A stretch of 64,000 nt of DNA from Candidatus Moraniibacteriota bacterium (GCA_963743885.1 CAVURJ010000001.1:76949-140948); one strand, 5' to 3'. Shown: positions 9,725 to 20,091, counted from the stretch's first letter. Numbers and translations: made by a program. The notes: generated by a model from the letters alone, not told the origin.

Positions 9725-9753
9725 ATTATAGCAGAAAAAAAGCTCTTGGTCAA
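9725..9753 (-). promoter_or_regulatory. sigma70 promoter TTGACC-N17-TATAAT with TGn extension
   Basis: Minus strand TTGACC, 17-bp spacer ending TGC, TATAAT. Confidence 0.75.
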
Positions 9754-9895
9754 CGCACATTGCATCATCATCGCTCATCAGAGCCTCTCTTTCTCTCTTC
9801 CGAAAACATTTACATCGCTTTCTTCACAATCATCGTTCCAAGAAAGTCTTTTGACTTTTTTTCTCGATCAGAAAAACGGCTTGCTCTCGGCAAAA

Positions 9896-10993
9896 CTACG
9901 GCTGCACGCGATCAACGATCGCACGGAGCGTATCCTTGCTCGATCCGATGAGCCACTGCTTGCCGCGCACCATATAATCAAATGAAAGATTCTGCTCGGC
10001 ATCGACATTGACGAAGCGGACCGTCTGCGATGCATAAGATCCAGAACGGAATGCCGCTTGTGCAGCGACCGACTGTTCCTTGCCGTAGAGGAATGTCTTG
10101 AATCCGGCCGGCACCTTGGCCTCTTCCTTTGTCAAACGTTCCGCAGCAAGCGTACTATCCTTGAAAGAAAGCGAGAGACCAAGACGGGTATTGTCCATAT
10201 CACCATACACGAAGATGGAGAACGGTTCCTCGATGAGGGCGACCAGATCGGCTGACAACCCAAGATCCGTGATAAAAGCGAAGCGGCTGAAAGCAATCGG
10301 GTTGTTGTTCTTATCAGTCACGAGAAACTCCACCGGACCAGCCATCTGCGCTTCAATAATCTTGGCTCCGGCCTCTGTGAGTGCCTGGCGAATGCTCGCA
10401 GCAGTCGCTGTCTCGACATCAATCGGGAGATAGTTCGGCTGATCGGCAGAGAATGGCGGTATAACTGGTACCGTATCTGTAGAATGATTCTCCACTGCCG
10501 GTGTCTCCGGTACGACTACTACTGGCGCTTCCGCGACCGGCTCAGATGCCGGCTGACGGTTCCAGAAAAGTAGGAAATAAGCCAAAATACCAAGAACTGA
10601 GAGCGCGAGTACGGCGATACCGAGACCGACCATGATTTTGCGGGTATTCGCTGAAATCGGCTTTTTTTCAGGATTTTCAAACGCTATACCACCAGGAGCG
10701 ACGGCCGGAGCAGGAGCAGCTTCCGCTCTAGCCCCAGGCGCTGCGAACGGTCCGACGGTGGGAACAACTGAAGCAGCTGGTACTGACCGATTGTCTGCAG
10801 AAGCAGTCTCAGACAAATGGAAATCGGGAGAAAACGGGTTGACACCGACGCTCTCAGCATGAATAATCGACGGTCGTTCAGCTGGCTTACCATCAAGATC
10901 ATCCTGCATAGTGCGGACAGCCGTGAAAAAGCTTGCCGGAATTTCCGGACCAGCTTCCTTGGTCAGGCTCTTGTCAGAAGAGAAAAAAGACAT
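9896..10993 (-). CDS. Single-pass membrane hypothetical protein
   Basis: N-terminal VRTMQDDL motif, Pro/Ala linker, TM helix, extracellular domain. Confidence 0.75.
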   Translation of the reverse strand: MSFFSSDKSLTKEAGPEIPASFFTAVRTMQDDLDGKPAERPSIIHAESVGVNPFSPDFHLSETASADNRSVPAASVVPTVGPFAAPGARAEAAPAPAVAPGGIAFENPEKKPISANTRKIMVGLGIAVLALSVLGILAYFLLFWNRQPASEPVAEAPVVVVPETPAVENHSTDTVPVIPPFSADQPNYLPIDVETATAASIRQALTEAGAKIIEAQMAGPVEFLVTDKNNNPIAFSRFAFITDLGLSADLVALIEEPFSIFVYGDMDNTRLGLSLSFKDSTLAAERLTKEEAKVPAGFKTFLYGKEQSVAAQAAFRSGSYASQTVRFVNVDAEQNLSFDYMVRGKQWLIGSSKDTLRAIVDRVQP

Positions 10994-11113
10994 ATATCGT
11001 AAGAATATTTGTTTTTACCCGACTCCGACCGCCTGGAAACATTTCCAGAAACGGAAAGAGGAAGAGATACATCTCTTCCTCTAGGATACACCAAATCCGT
11101 TGTCCGGGGAATA

Positions 11114-13246
11114 CTACTCTCCCTGTCCGGCGCCGTTCTCCGCATTCAGCTTGCGGACTGCGAGCTTGTGCGAGAGATTGATACGGCCCTGATCGTCGAT
11201 TTCCTTGACGATGACCGGGACGATATCGCCAACCTTCACGACATCTTCCACCTTCTCGACCCGGTTTTCAGCGAGCTCAGAGATATGGATGAGGCCTTCC
11301 TGATTCGGCAATACCTCGGCGAAAGCACCGAAGTTCATGATGCGAGTGATGCGGCCCTGGAAGAGCTCGCCTGCCTTCACTTCGCGAGTGATGTTGTTGA
11401 TCCACTCCACTGCCTTGGCAGCGCTCGTCTCATCGGTCGACGTGATGAAGACTGAGCCATCATCCTCGATATCAATCGAGACACCGGTCTCGTCGATGAT
11501 CTGGTTGATCATCTTGCCGCCCGGGCCGATGACGTCACGAATCTTCTCAGGATTGATGTGGAGCGTAATGATGCGCGGCGCGTACGGAGACATCGTCTTG
11601 CGTACCTCCGGAATCGTCGCGAGCATCTTGTCCATGATGAAGAGCCGGCCTTCAAGCGCCTGTGCGATAGCGACCTTCAGCATCGCCGGGGTCAAACCAT
11701 CGATCTTCACATCCATCTGCATGGCGGTGATACCATCCTTGGTACCAGCCACCTTGAAGTCCATATCACCATAGTGATCCTCGAGACCCTGGATATCGGT
11801 CAGTACCTTGTACTCACCGTCCTTGCCTGTGATCACACCCATCGCGATACCCGCGACCGGCTTCTTGATCGGCACGCCAGCATCCATGAGGGAGAGCGTA
11901 GAACCGCAAGTAGACGCCATAGAAGACGATCCGTTAGACTCGAGCACCTCAGAAACGAGGAGAATCGTGTACGGGAAATCTTCCTTGCTCGGAAGCACCG
12001 GCACGAGCGCCTTCTCAGCGAGCGCACCATGGCCCACCTCGCGACGACCCGGTCCACGCATCGGACGAACTTCGCCGACAGAATACGGCGGGAAGTTGTA
12101 GAAGTGCATGTAGCGCTTCTTCATGTCGGTCTGCATCGTATCGACAACCATCTCATCGCCAGGAGCGCCGAGCGTCGTGACTGTCAGAGCCTGCGTCTCA
12201 CCACGTGTGAAGAGCCCGGTACCATGCGTGCGCGGCAGGATGCCGACGTTGCAGGTGATCGGGCGGATCTCCGTCACGCCGCGTCCATCCGGACGGGCAC
12301 CCTTCTTCAGAATATTCTCATGCACCGCTTCGTCGGAGACTTCTTCAGTGATGATGGAGAGGATCTCAGAGAGATTCTTCTGGTCCGGATACTTCTCAGA
12401 TGCATACTTCGCGATCTCTGCATTGATCTCAGCAGTCTTCACCTCCATCGCCTGCTTCGGGCGGAGATACAGAGCATCAGCGAGACCGACGCCCTGGCAG
12501 AATGCACGGATATCTGCCTCGAATTCATCAGAACCACGAAGGAGTGCTGCCGGGCGCTTCTCCTTGCCGGCCTCCTTGCGAATCTCTTCGATGAAGGTCG
12601 CAATCTTCTGGACAGCCTCGAAGCCGAACTCGAACGCTTCACCCATCTTCTCCTCGGTGATCTCATTGGCACCACACTCAATCATGTTGATCTTATCCTT
12701 GGTACCGGAGACCAAGAGGTCGAGTATGCTCCCCTCGCGCTCTTCGCTCGAAGGATTGAGGACGAATGCATCGTTCTGGAGACCGACGCGCACGGCGCCG
12801 ATCGGTCCGTTCCACGGAATATCCGAGAGCGTGAGCGCAGCCGAAGCAGCGATCATCGCTACGAGATCCGGATCGTTCTCGCCATCATACGACAGCGTCG
12901 TCACGACCACCTGCACCTCATTGCGCATGCGGCTATCGAACAGCGGGCGGACCGTGCGGTCCACGGCGCGTCCCGAAAGCACGGCGTCGTCCGACGGACG
13001 GCCTTCGCGCTTGATAAAGCGAGATCCCTTGATCTTGCCGGCGGCATAATACCGCTCCTCATAGTCCACCATGAGCGGGAAATAGCCCGTGATCTTGGAC
13101 ATTTCCTTGCTCATCGTCGCAGCGGCGAGGACGACCGTGTCGCCATAACGCGCTGTCACCGATCCGCTCGCCTGCTTGGCAAGCGTCCCTGTCTCGATAG
13201 TCAACTCGCGACCGCCGAGCTGCAGAGACCATTTCTTCTCCTGCAT
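11114..13246 (-). CDS. pnp: Polyribonucleotide nucleotidyltransferase
   Basis: Two RNase PH domains, SNGSSSMAS, GDMDFKVAG, KH and S1 domains. Confidence 0.97.
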   Translation of the reverse strand: MQEKKWSLQLGGRELTIETGTLAKQASGSVTARYGDTVVLAAATMSKEMSKITGYFPLMVDYEERYYAAGKIKGSRFIKREGRPSDDAVLSGRAVDRTVRPLFDSRMRNEVQVVVTTLSYDGENDPDLVAMIAASAALTLSDIPWNGPIGAVRVGLQNDAFVLNPSSEEREGSILDLLVSGTKDKINMIECGANEITEEKMGEAFEFGFEAVQKIATFIEEIRKEAGKEKRPAALLRGSDEFEADIRAFCQGVGLADALYLRPKQAMEVKTAEINAEIAKYASEKYPDQKNLSEILSIITEEVSDEAVHENILKKGARPDGRGVTEIRPITCNVGILPRTHGTGLFTRGETQALTVTTLGAPGDEMVVDTMQTDMKKRYMHFYNFPPYSVGEVRPMRGPGRREVGHGALAEKALVPVLPSKEDFPYTILLVSEVLESNGSSSMASTCGSTLSLMDAGVPIKKPVAGIAMGVITGKDGEYKVLTDIQGLEDHYGDMDFKVAGTKDGITAMQMDVKIDGLTPAMLKVAIAQALEGRLFIMDKMLATIPEVRKTMSPYAPRIITLHINPEKIRDVIGPGGKMINQIIDETGVSIDIEDDGSVFITSTDETSAAKAVEWINNITREVKAGELFQGRITRIMNFGAFAEVLPNQEGLIHISELAENRVEKVEDVVKVGDIVPVIVKEIDDQGRINLSHKLAVRKLNAENGAGQGE

Positions 13247-13505
13247 ATGGTATGCTGGCCCCGTCCAAGCTCATAAACACGCGGGTATCAGCGAACAATA
13301 AGCAGTGAACAATGAACAAAAAGGCTTAGTCTAGCATTTCTGTTCCTTGCTCCCTGTTCGCTGCTCTCTGACTCCCGTGTAGCTATAAACCTGAAAAGAG
13401 CCTTAATTAAGATTAACTACCCTTAGAGTAGCGTCATTTTCGCTCTTTTGTCAAAGAAAAAACCGACAACAGAGGATTCTGTTGTCGGCATGGGTCGAAC
13501 GTTGT

Positions 13506-14576
13506 TCAACCAGGGTACTCGAGGCCTTCCACTTGCCAATAGACCGTTTCGCCAGCCCGGAAGGGAACGACGACGTTCTCACCGAACGGATAGCTCGCTG
13601 GCACTGTCCACGGCCGACGCACGAGCGTGATCGTGTCGCGATTGCGCGTCAAGCCGTAAAAGTCCGCACCGAAATGGCTGGCGAACCCTTCCAACTGACC
13701 AAGTGCGCCGATGGAGTCGAACGCTTCAGCATAGAGCTCGATGGCTGCATGAGCCGTGAAGCAGCCTGCGCAGCCACATCCGCACTCCTTCGTCCCCTTG
13801 GCATGCGGCGCCGAATCGGTCCCAAGGAAAAACTTGGGGCTCCCAGACGTCGCCGCGAGAAGCAGTGCTTCACGATCACTTTCGCGCTTGAGAATCGGCA
13901 GACAATAGTAGTGCGGCCGGATGCCTCCGCGAAAGATCGCGTTGCGGTTCTCGAGAAGATGGTGCGCCGTGATGGTCGCAGCGACGCCCGGACGAGCGAC
14001 TTCCACGAACCCCACCGCGTCAGCCGTCGTCACATGTTCGAGCACAATCCGGAGTTTCGGATAGCTGTCGACGAGTTCGAGGAGCACTTCTTCGAGGAAG
14101 CGGCGCTCACGATCGAAGATATCCACTTCGCCGTTCTCGTTCCGGAGCTGCTCGCCATGAATACAGAGCACGACACCGTACTCCTCCATCGCTTCGAACA
14201 CCGCTTCCATTTTTGCGATATCCGTCACGCCATCGGCCGAGTTAGTCGTGGCGCCAGCCGGATAGAGCTTGGCTGCGATGATATGCGTCAGATTTGCTGC
14301 CTCCTTGATTTCCTCTGGAGTCGTGCTGTTCGTAAGGTAAAGTGTCATGAATGGATCAAACCTTAACTTCCTTCCAATCGTAAACAATACCCGACTGTAA
14401 TACTCGCACGCCCGTTCCACCGTTGTTACCGGTGGCTTCAAGTTAGGCATAATGAGTGCCCGGCCGAAGACGCGCGCCGTATGAGCTAGCGCACTCGCCA
14501 TCGCCGCACCATCACGCAGATGCGCATGCCAGTCATCCGGACGGATGATAGTGATGCTTCCGACTTTCATTGCCAT
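13506..14576 (-). CDS. pyrC: Dihydroorotase (E. coli-like class II)
   Basis: DDWHAHLRDG, MPNL, KLYPAGATTNS, LEHVTT, GTDSAPH. Confidence 0.95.
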   Translation of the reverse strand: MAMKVGSITIIRPDDWHAHLRDGAAMASALAHTARVFGRALIMPNLKPPVTTVERACEYYSRVLFTIGRKLRFDPFMTLYLTNSTTPEEIKEAANLTHIIAAKLYPAGATTNSADGVTDIAKMEAVFEAMEEYGVVLCIHGEQLRNENGEVDIFDRERRFLEEVLLELVDSYPKLRIVLEHVTTADAVGFVEVARPGVAATITAHHLLENRNAIFRGGIRPHYYCLPILKRESDREALLLAATSGSPKFFLGTDSAPHAKGTKECGCGCAGCFTAHAAIELYAEAFDSIGALGQLEGFASHFGADFYGLTRNRDTITLVRRPWTVPASYPFGENVVVPFRAGETVYWQVEGLEYPG

Positions 14577-14588
14577 GTGATTCTCCTT

Positions 14589-15593
14589 TCAGGACTCTTG
14601 CCTAATGAGTTGGTATTGCAGATCATCACTTCCGGCGATAAGACTCGAAAAGACACGCGGGTCGTTATCGGCATAAAACGGAAGCGAGGTCAGAGCGACG
14701 GCATCAGCCTCATTTCTGAGACATTCCGCCGCATGATCGCCAGTCGTGATACCGCCCGAAGCGATGATGCTCATGGACTCGGGCAAGACAGAACGGGCAC
14801 GCCTGATGAAAGCGATTGTGTTCTCCCGCAGGATTTCTCCCGAGAGTCCGGCTTTGCCGCCATTCGGCGTCGTAACCGGATGCCCGTCTGCATCGCGCCA
14901 AATCACGTTCGGAAGCGTGTTGCCATAAACGACAGCGCACACGAATCGATACTTCGCGATAAGTTTCACGACCTCGTCGATGAAATCCATCGTCACTGTC
15001 GGAACATGCGAGAAATCAAGGCGCGGATATTTGCTCGCAACCATCTCGATCCACTCGCGCGTGACATACCGCGAAAGTTTGATCCAGAGCGGCTTCTTGA
15101 GCTGCAACCGGATGAACGCCTCAAGGATCTGATGCAGCGACTCGAAGTCATGGCCGATTGGCACCACTCGCTTCTCGTGCTTGTTCGGACAGCCGAGATT
15201 CGCCTTGATTGCCGCAATACACTCGACATCTTGGAAGGCTTCCGCACCGGCGACGTAATCACTGACGCCGTCCCCAGCGATGCTGACCACGAGCGGTTTA
15301 CAGAACGAATACTGTTGCAACAAACGTGCAGTCGATTCATAGCCGTCATTCGGCATGCCGAACGAATTGGAGGCAACCCCCTCTCGAAGGAAACTCCCAA
15401 GATCCGGCGGATAAAACAGCGTGCCTTCGTTGCCGGTACTCTTCCCGGGCGTAATCGACCCGAGTGTCACAGCTCCGACCTGAGCGGTCGGATCCATGTA
15501 CTTAAGCGCCTGGGGCAGATACTTGCACGCTCCGGCGCCGACAATGATCGGCAGATCCATCTCGACACCACCAACACAAAACGGCTTGTTCAC
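14589..15593 (-). CDS. pyrD: Dihydroorotate dehydrogenase (family 1-like)
   Basis: NSFGMPNDG, NLGCPN catalytic Cys, KLS, GLSG, SGGI; adjacent to pyrC. Confidence 0.85.
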   Translation of the reverse strand: MNKPFCVGGVEMDLPIIVGAGACKYLPQALKYMDPTAQVGAVTLGSITPGKSTGNEGTLFYPPDLGSFLREGVASNSFGMPNDGYESTARLLQQYSFCKPLVVSIAGDGVSDYVAGAEAFQDVECIAAIKANLGCPNKHEKRVVPIGHDFESLHQILEAFIRLQLKKPLWIKLSRYVTREWIEMVASKYPRLDFSHVPTVTMDFIDEVVKLIAKYRFVCAVVYGNTLPNVIWRDADGHPVTTPNGGKAGLSGEILRENTIAFIRRARSVLPESMSIIASGGITTGDHAAECLRNEADAVALTSLPFYADNDPRVFSSLIAGSDDLQYQLIRQES

Positions 15594-15793
15594 GATTTTT
15601 CCTCTCTTTCAGATTGTTTAGGTACGGAAAAGAGACCAGTAAACCGGTCCCTCCTTGGGCCGAAGAGTACCGGAAACCCCTGTTTTTGTCAAAAGGCCGT
15701 GGAACCTTGACACTAGGCGAAAATCGGCCTACTCTGCCATCAAGTTGCTTACCAATCAACACCTATCCACAACCCTACCAGAGGAGATGCATC

Positions 15794-16534
15794 ATGAACA
15801 GGAAGCTGCTTCTCGTAGTAACGACCAATCCAACGCTTTCGAGCAAATACGCCGACATCGCGAACGGGTCACCAGGCATCGAAGCCAAAGCGCTCTGTCC
15901 AGCGAACGGGCTCTCAACGCTCCTTCTGCTTCTCAAGAGCCGGTTCAGCGATGCGGATGGTGTGCTCCTTTCACCGGACACGCTCCATATCTTCGACCGT
16001 ACACCGGAAGATGCTATCCGGCAGATTCGCGAAGCGAAACCGTCAATCCGCATCCTCATCCTCAAAATTGGCGGATTGACGAAAAAGTCCGAGCCAGAAC
16101 AACGGATGATCGCGGCCAGCGCCGACGGCATCTATATCGGCATCGACCCGTCGATAAATGATTTCCGCCACTGGATAGCCTCCGAAATGGATCGGCCCGC
16201 CGGAATGAAGGGCCGAATCTACAAGGGAAAGCTGCGCCAGCAATCGGCCTACTCAGCGAAACCTGTCGCGAAACCAGCGCCGACCATAGTACTGGGCGAA
16301 GACCTAGACGAGTTCACAGAAGATGATGTGGGCATTTCTCCAGAAGAGCGGAATATCTCTTTGGAAGAGCCGAGCGCCCCTCCTGTCCACCGGCCCTATC
16401 CCACGCCGGATCGGAAAAGGAATCGTCCAGCAGGACGGACCGCACTCTCGGCTATCGACACGCTCCGCGAACGCCGCGATGGCAATTCCTGGCTCTTCAA
16501 AGTGCCACCGCAATCTGCCGCCAAAGGAAAGTAG
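15794..16534 (+). CDS. Hypothetical protein, possible degenerate receiver-like domain plus low-complexity tail
   Basis: GAGGAG upstream of MNRKLLLVV; beta/alpha pattern; hairpin with T-run follows. Confidence 0.55.
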   Translation: MNRKLLLVVTTNPTLSSKYADIANGSPGIEAKALCPANGLSTLLLLLKSRFSDADGVLLSPDTLHIFDRTPEDAIRQIREAKPSIRILILKIGGLTKKSEPEQRMIAASADGIYIGIDPSINDFRHWIASEMDRPAGMKGRIYKGKLRQQSAYSAKPVAKPAPTIVLGEDLDEFTEDDVGISPEERNISLEEPSAPPVHRPYPTPDRKRNRPAGRTALSAIDTLRERRDGNSWLFKVPPQSAAKGK

Positions 16535-16600
16535 GAAAGACTCCAAAAACGAAAGCGGCTACCGCAAACGCGATAGCCGTCTTTTTTTACCATCAATCCC

Positions 16601-17107
16601 CTACGAGATGAGGAACTGGCGCTTGCCTTCGGAAATATTCATGAAATCATCCGCGGCATCGATGAGCTTGGCCGAAGCCGACTCAGCGAACGCAACCACC
16701 TCGACGCGACAACCGTACGTGTTCTGGATGTACTCGACAAGCGAGACATAGTCCCCGTCGCCGGAGAGGAGCACCACGACGTCCACTTTGGAAGCCATCT
16801 TGATGGCATCGACCGCGATGCCTACGTCCCAGTCGCCTTTCTTGGAACCGTCCGGAAAGATCTGGAGGTCCTTGGTCTTGACCTCGTAGCCACTCTTCTC
16901 GAGCGCCTCGAAGAATTTCTCTTCCGTCGCCTCGGACGTCTTGATGCCGTACGCGATGGCGCGGATGAGCTTGCGACCGCCAGTCGCAGCCTCGAGGACA
17001 TTGCGATAATTCACTTTTTTCCCATACAGCACGCGAGCGCTGTAGTAGAGGTTGGCGACATCCACCAGGACAGCGATGCGCTGGTCAGAATGCTTAGCTG
17101 TATTCAT
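16601..17107 (-). CDS. NYN domain (LabA/DUF88) protein
   Basis: VDVANL, KGDWDV, SGDGDY, L..AADDF. Confidence 0.9.
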   Translation of the reverse strand: MNTAKHSDQRIAVLVDVANLYYSARVLYGKKVNYRNVLEAATGGRKLIRAIAYGIKTSEATEEKFFEALEKSGYEVKTKDLQIFPDGSKKGDWDVGIAVDAIKMASKVDVVVLLSGDGDYVSLVEYIQNTYGCRVEVVAFAESASAKLIDAADDFMNISEGKRQFLIS

Positions 17108-17163
17108 ATATGCTGTGTCTTAAGAAAAAAATATCCCGAGCAGAAGCCCGGGATATGCCATAT

Positions 17164-17427
17164 CTAGAGTCCGAGGGTCTTGACCAACTCCTTGTGGGCC
17201 GATGCATTGGTCTTCTCGAGATAAGCGAGAAGCCGCTTGCGCTTGGCGACCATCTTGAGGAGTCCGCGGCGGGAATGGAAGTCCTTCTTGTTCTTCTTGA
17301 GGTGAGCGGTCAATTTCTTGATCTGCTCCGTGAAGACCGCGACCTGGTACTCCGGTGACCCGGTGTCCTTGTCATGGCGCTTGACCCCTCCGGCGACCTT
17401 CTCCTTCTGCTTGTGCGTGAGTGCCAT
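17164..17427 (-). CDS. rpsO: 30S ribosomal protein S15
   Basis: DTGSPEYQVA, KKDFHSRRGLLKMV. Confidence 0.97.
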   Translation of the reverse strand: MALTHKQKEKVAGGVKRHDKDTGSPEYQVAVFTEQIKKLTAHLKKNKKDFHSRRGLLKMVAKRKRLLAYLEKTNASAHKELVKTLGL

Positions 17428-17573
17428 AGGCATTCTTGTCAGCTATGCATTCGTTCCTCCACCTCTCGGCGCGGGACCAATGCACGCTCGTTGTAAAAAT
17501 ATTAACAAAAGGACTATAACACGGATTCCTTTTTGAAGCAAGAAAAAGGGCGCGCGATGCGTGCCCTTTGCTG

Positions 17574-17750
17574 CTATCCGATTTTTCCGGACTTCATCTC
17601 CTGATCCGCCACGGGAACCAGCGGCTTGGACTGGAAACTGACGCTTCCCCCATCCGGTGCCGGAACGAATCCTCCGCAGGGAACAATCCGAAGTTCCGGT
17701 TCGAGCGGCCGCACCACGACCGCGAAATCGCTTTCCTGGCCATCTGCCAT
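17574..17750 (-). CDS. Possible small hypothetical protein (58 aa)
   Basis: GAGGGG before ATG; no recognised motif. Confidence 0.3.
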   Translation of the reverse strand: MADGQESDFAVVVRPLEPELRIVPCGGFVPAPDGGSVSFQSKPLVPVADQEMKSGKIG

Positions 17751-17884
17751 TTCACTACCCCTCTCAAAAAAATGCGATACATCTATAGATACAGAAAAAC
17801 CTGCCATTTGGCAAGTTTTCCACTTTTTGACATATTACTAAGAAGTTGTATAATTTATTATGTAAGTCATACAAACAAAAGATT

Positions 17885-18718
17885 GTGACAGATACGCAGC
17901 AAAAGACACATGAAGAGAATCTGAACAAAAACCAGCCTCAATACAGGCTCTTTATTGATGAGCTCGGTACCGCTAACACGAAAGATGTCCAATCAAGCCT
18001 TTATTTGCTGGCAGGTTGTTCAGTAAATGAGGCTGACCGGCAAAATATAAAAACCTGGGCCGATCATATCAAATTCAAATATTGGGGCCATACCGACGTG
18101 GTATTTCATTCCAGAGAAATCGGGAGAAGAGAGGGTGATTTTGAGATTTTCAAAAATAAAAAGGTTTTTGAAGAATTCCTTGAAGACTTAGGGCGATTTC
18201 TTCTTTGCTCTCGATTTAAAATGTTCTTTGTCATAGTCGACAAGGAAGCTGCTCGAGCTGCGGGATGGAATGACATAAAAATCTATCAAGAAACATCGGA
18301 CTCTATCGTAAAAAACTTCTTGCTCATCCTGCTTTCCGGGGATTCCACTGGAAAAGTGGTTATAGAATCAGCGACTGCAGAAAAAGATTTCTATTTCCAC
18401 AGAGCATTGGGACACTTTCTCTCAGAGGGAATACCCGAACTCAATGTAAAATTCAAAAAAGCCCAAGAAACAATCACTTCCATCTCTTTCGTTACGAAAA
18501 AAAATCATGATATCGAAGAGCAGGTCGCCGATCTCTTCGCCTACGCCGCAAAATGCAAGTACCTCCAGAAACGAAAGGTGCCTTACAAGGAAGGCACCTA
18601 TGAAAAAATGATAATGGAAGTACTCGAGAAAAAATTATTCAAGATTCCAAAGGATGCCGCGCCAAAAAAAATGCGATTTTTTTCAAAAGTATCTTCATTC
18701 AAGATTTTTCCTGATTAG
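17885..18718 (+). CDS. DUF3800-like (RNase H-like fold) protein
   Basis: LFIDELG, FHSREI, EQVADLFAY; AT-rich; start (GTG) uncertain. Confidence 0.7.
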   Translation: MTDTQQKTHEENLNKNQPQYRLFIDELGTANTKDVQSSLYLLAGCSVNEADRQNIKTWADHIKFKYWGHTDVVFHSREIGRREGDFEIFKNKKVFEEFLEDLGRFLLCSRFKMFFVIVDKEAARAAGWNDIKIYQETSDSIVKNFLLILLSGDSTGKVVIESATAEKDFYFHRALGHFLSEGIPELNVKFKKAQETITSISFVTKKNHDIEEQVADLFAYAAKCKYLQKRKVPYKEGTYEKMIMEVLEKKLFKIPKDAAPKKMRFFSKVSSFKIFPD

Positions 18719-18815
18719 ACAACAAAAAAACCGGATCGCGGCATCACGCTCGCTCCCCGGTTTCTTATGAATCAATTATAGCAAAAACATACGCCTTGTC
18801 AAGCCGACGACTTGA

Positions 18816-20003
18816 TCATCTCTGTTGCGGCTCGGCCCACATCCCCTTCTCCTTGATCAGCCCGATGAGCGCCTCGAGCGCTTCTGCCTGCGGCACATCG
18901 CGCCGTACCAACTCCTTCTTATAGTAGAGGTTGACCTTGTCCGGAGCACCACCAACATAGCCAAAATCCGCATCTGCCATCTCACCCAAGCCGTTCACGA
19001 TGCAGCCCATGATGGCAATACGCACACCCTTCAGATGCCCCAGGCGCTCCTTGATGGCGTCCGCGACTTCCTCGATATTATAGAGTGTGCGGCCGCATGA
19101 CGGGCAAGAGATGAATTCCGCGCGCGTGATACGCCGACGCGCTGCCTGGAGGATGCCGTAGCAGGTCGGGATCTCCTTCACCGGATCCTCAGTGAGCGAG
19201 ACGCGGATCGTATCGCCAAGACCTTCGAGGAGAAGCGTACCAATACCAAGCGTCGACTTGGCTCTCCCTTCTTCGCCATTACCGGCTTCCGTCACGCCGA
19301 GATGGATAGGATAGTCCATGCCTTCTTGTTCCATCGTCGCTGCGAGCAGACGATTGGACTCGATCATCACGAGCGGATCGGATGACTTGAGCGCGACGAT
19401 GATTTCATTGAAATCATGCTTCTTGAAGATGCGCAGGTACTCCATCGTCGACTCCACCATACCAAGCGGCGTATCGCCGAAGCGCGACAGCACCCGGTCC
19501 GAGAGCGACCCATGATTGGAACCGATGCGGATCGGCTTCCCAGCCGCCTTCGCCGCCTCGATGAACGGCAGCAGGCTTTCTTCGATGCGTGCGATCTCCA
19601 GAGCATAGCTCGCATCATCAAACGCGAACTCGCGGAAAATCTTACCGTCGAGAAAATTACCGGGATTGAGTCGGATCTTGTCCGCCCACCGAAGCGCCTC
19701 GAAAGCCGCCGCGGGCAGGAAGTGAATATCAGCGATGAGCGGGATCACGATACCGTCCTTCTCGAGCGCCTCGCGGATCGGACCGAGCACCTCTGCATGG
19801 CGCGGTGTCGGCGTCGTGAGACGGATGAGCTCGCAGCCGGCCGAGACGCAGCTCTTGATCTGTGCGACCGTCGCCTCGATATCGAGCGTATCGGTATTGG
19901 TCATCGTCTGCACGCGGATCGGGTTGTCCCCGCCAATGCCGATGCCGCCCACCATGACGACGCGCGACTTCCTCCTCGGCTTCAATGCGGAAATATCATG
20001 CAT
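18816..20003 (-). CDS. ispG: HMBPP synthase (flavodoxin)
   Basis: VQTMT, IADIHF, RLNPGN, HLGVTEAG, GDTIRVSLT, CPSCGR, MGCIVNG. Confidence 0.95.
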   Translation of the reverse strand: MHDISALKPRRKSRVVMVGGIGIGGDNPIRVQTMTNTDTLDIEATVAQIKSCVSAGCELIRLTTPTPRHAEVLGPIREALEKDGIVIPLIADIHFLPAAAFEALRWADKIRLNPGNFLDGKIFREFAFDDASYALEIARIEESLLPFIEAAKAAGKPIRIGSNHGSLSDRVLSRFGDTPLGMVESTMEYLRIFKKHDFNEIIVALKSSDPLVMIESNRLLAATMEQEGMDYPIHLGVTEAGNGEEGRAKSTLGIGTLLLEGLGDTIRVSLTEDPVKEIPTCYGILQAARRRITRAEFISCPSCGRTLYNIEEVADAIKERLGHLKGVRIAIMGCIVNGLGEMADADFGYVGGAPDKVNLYYKKELVRRDVPQAEALEALIGLIKEKGMWAEPQQR

Positions 20004-20091
20004 AAGAAAAAAGTAATATCAGACGCTACGATACCACGAATTCCCCCGTCACGTAAAGAAAGCAAAAGCCGCCCCGTAAGGCAGCTTTTTG

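Noticed and set aside
11558-13276. Long + strand ORFs opposite pnp (likewise opposite gyrA, nrdA, ftsH, pyrC/pyrD)
   Set aside because: Antisense frames produced by codon bias; no motifs.
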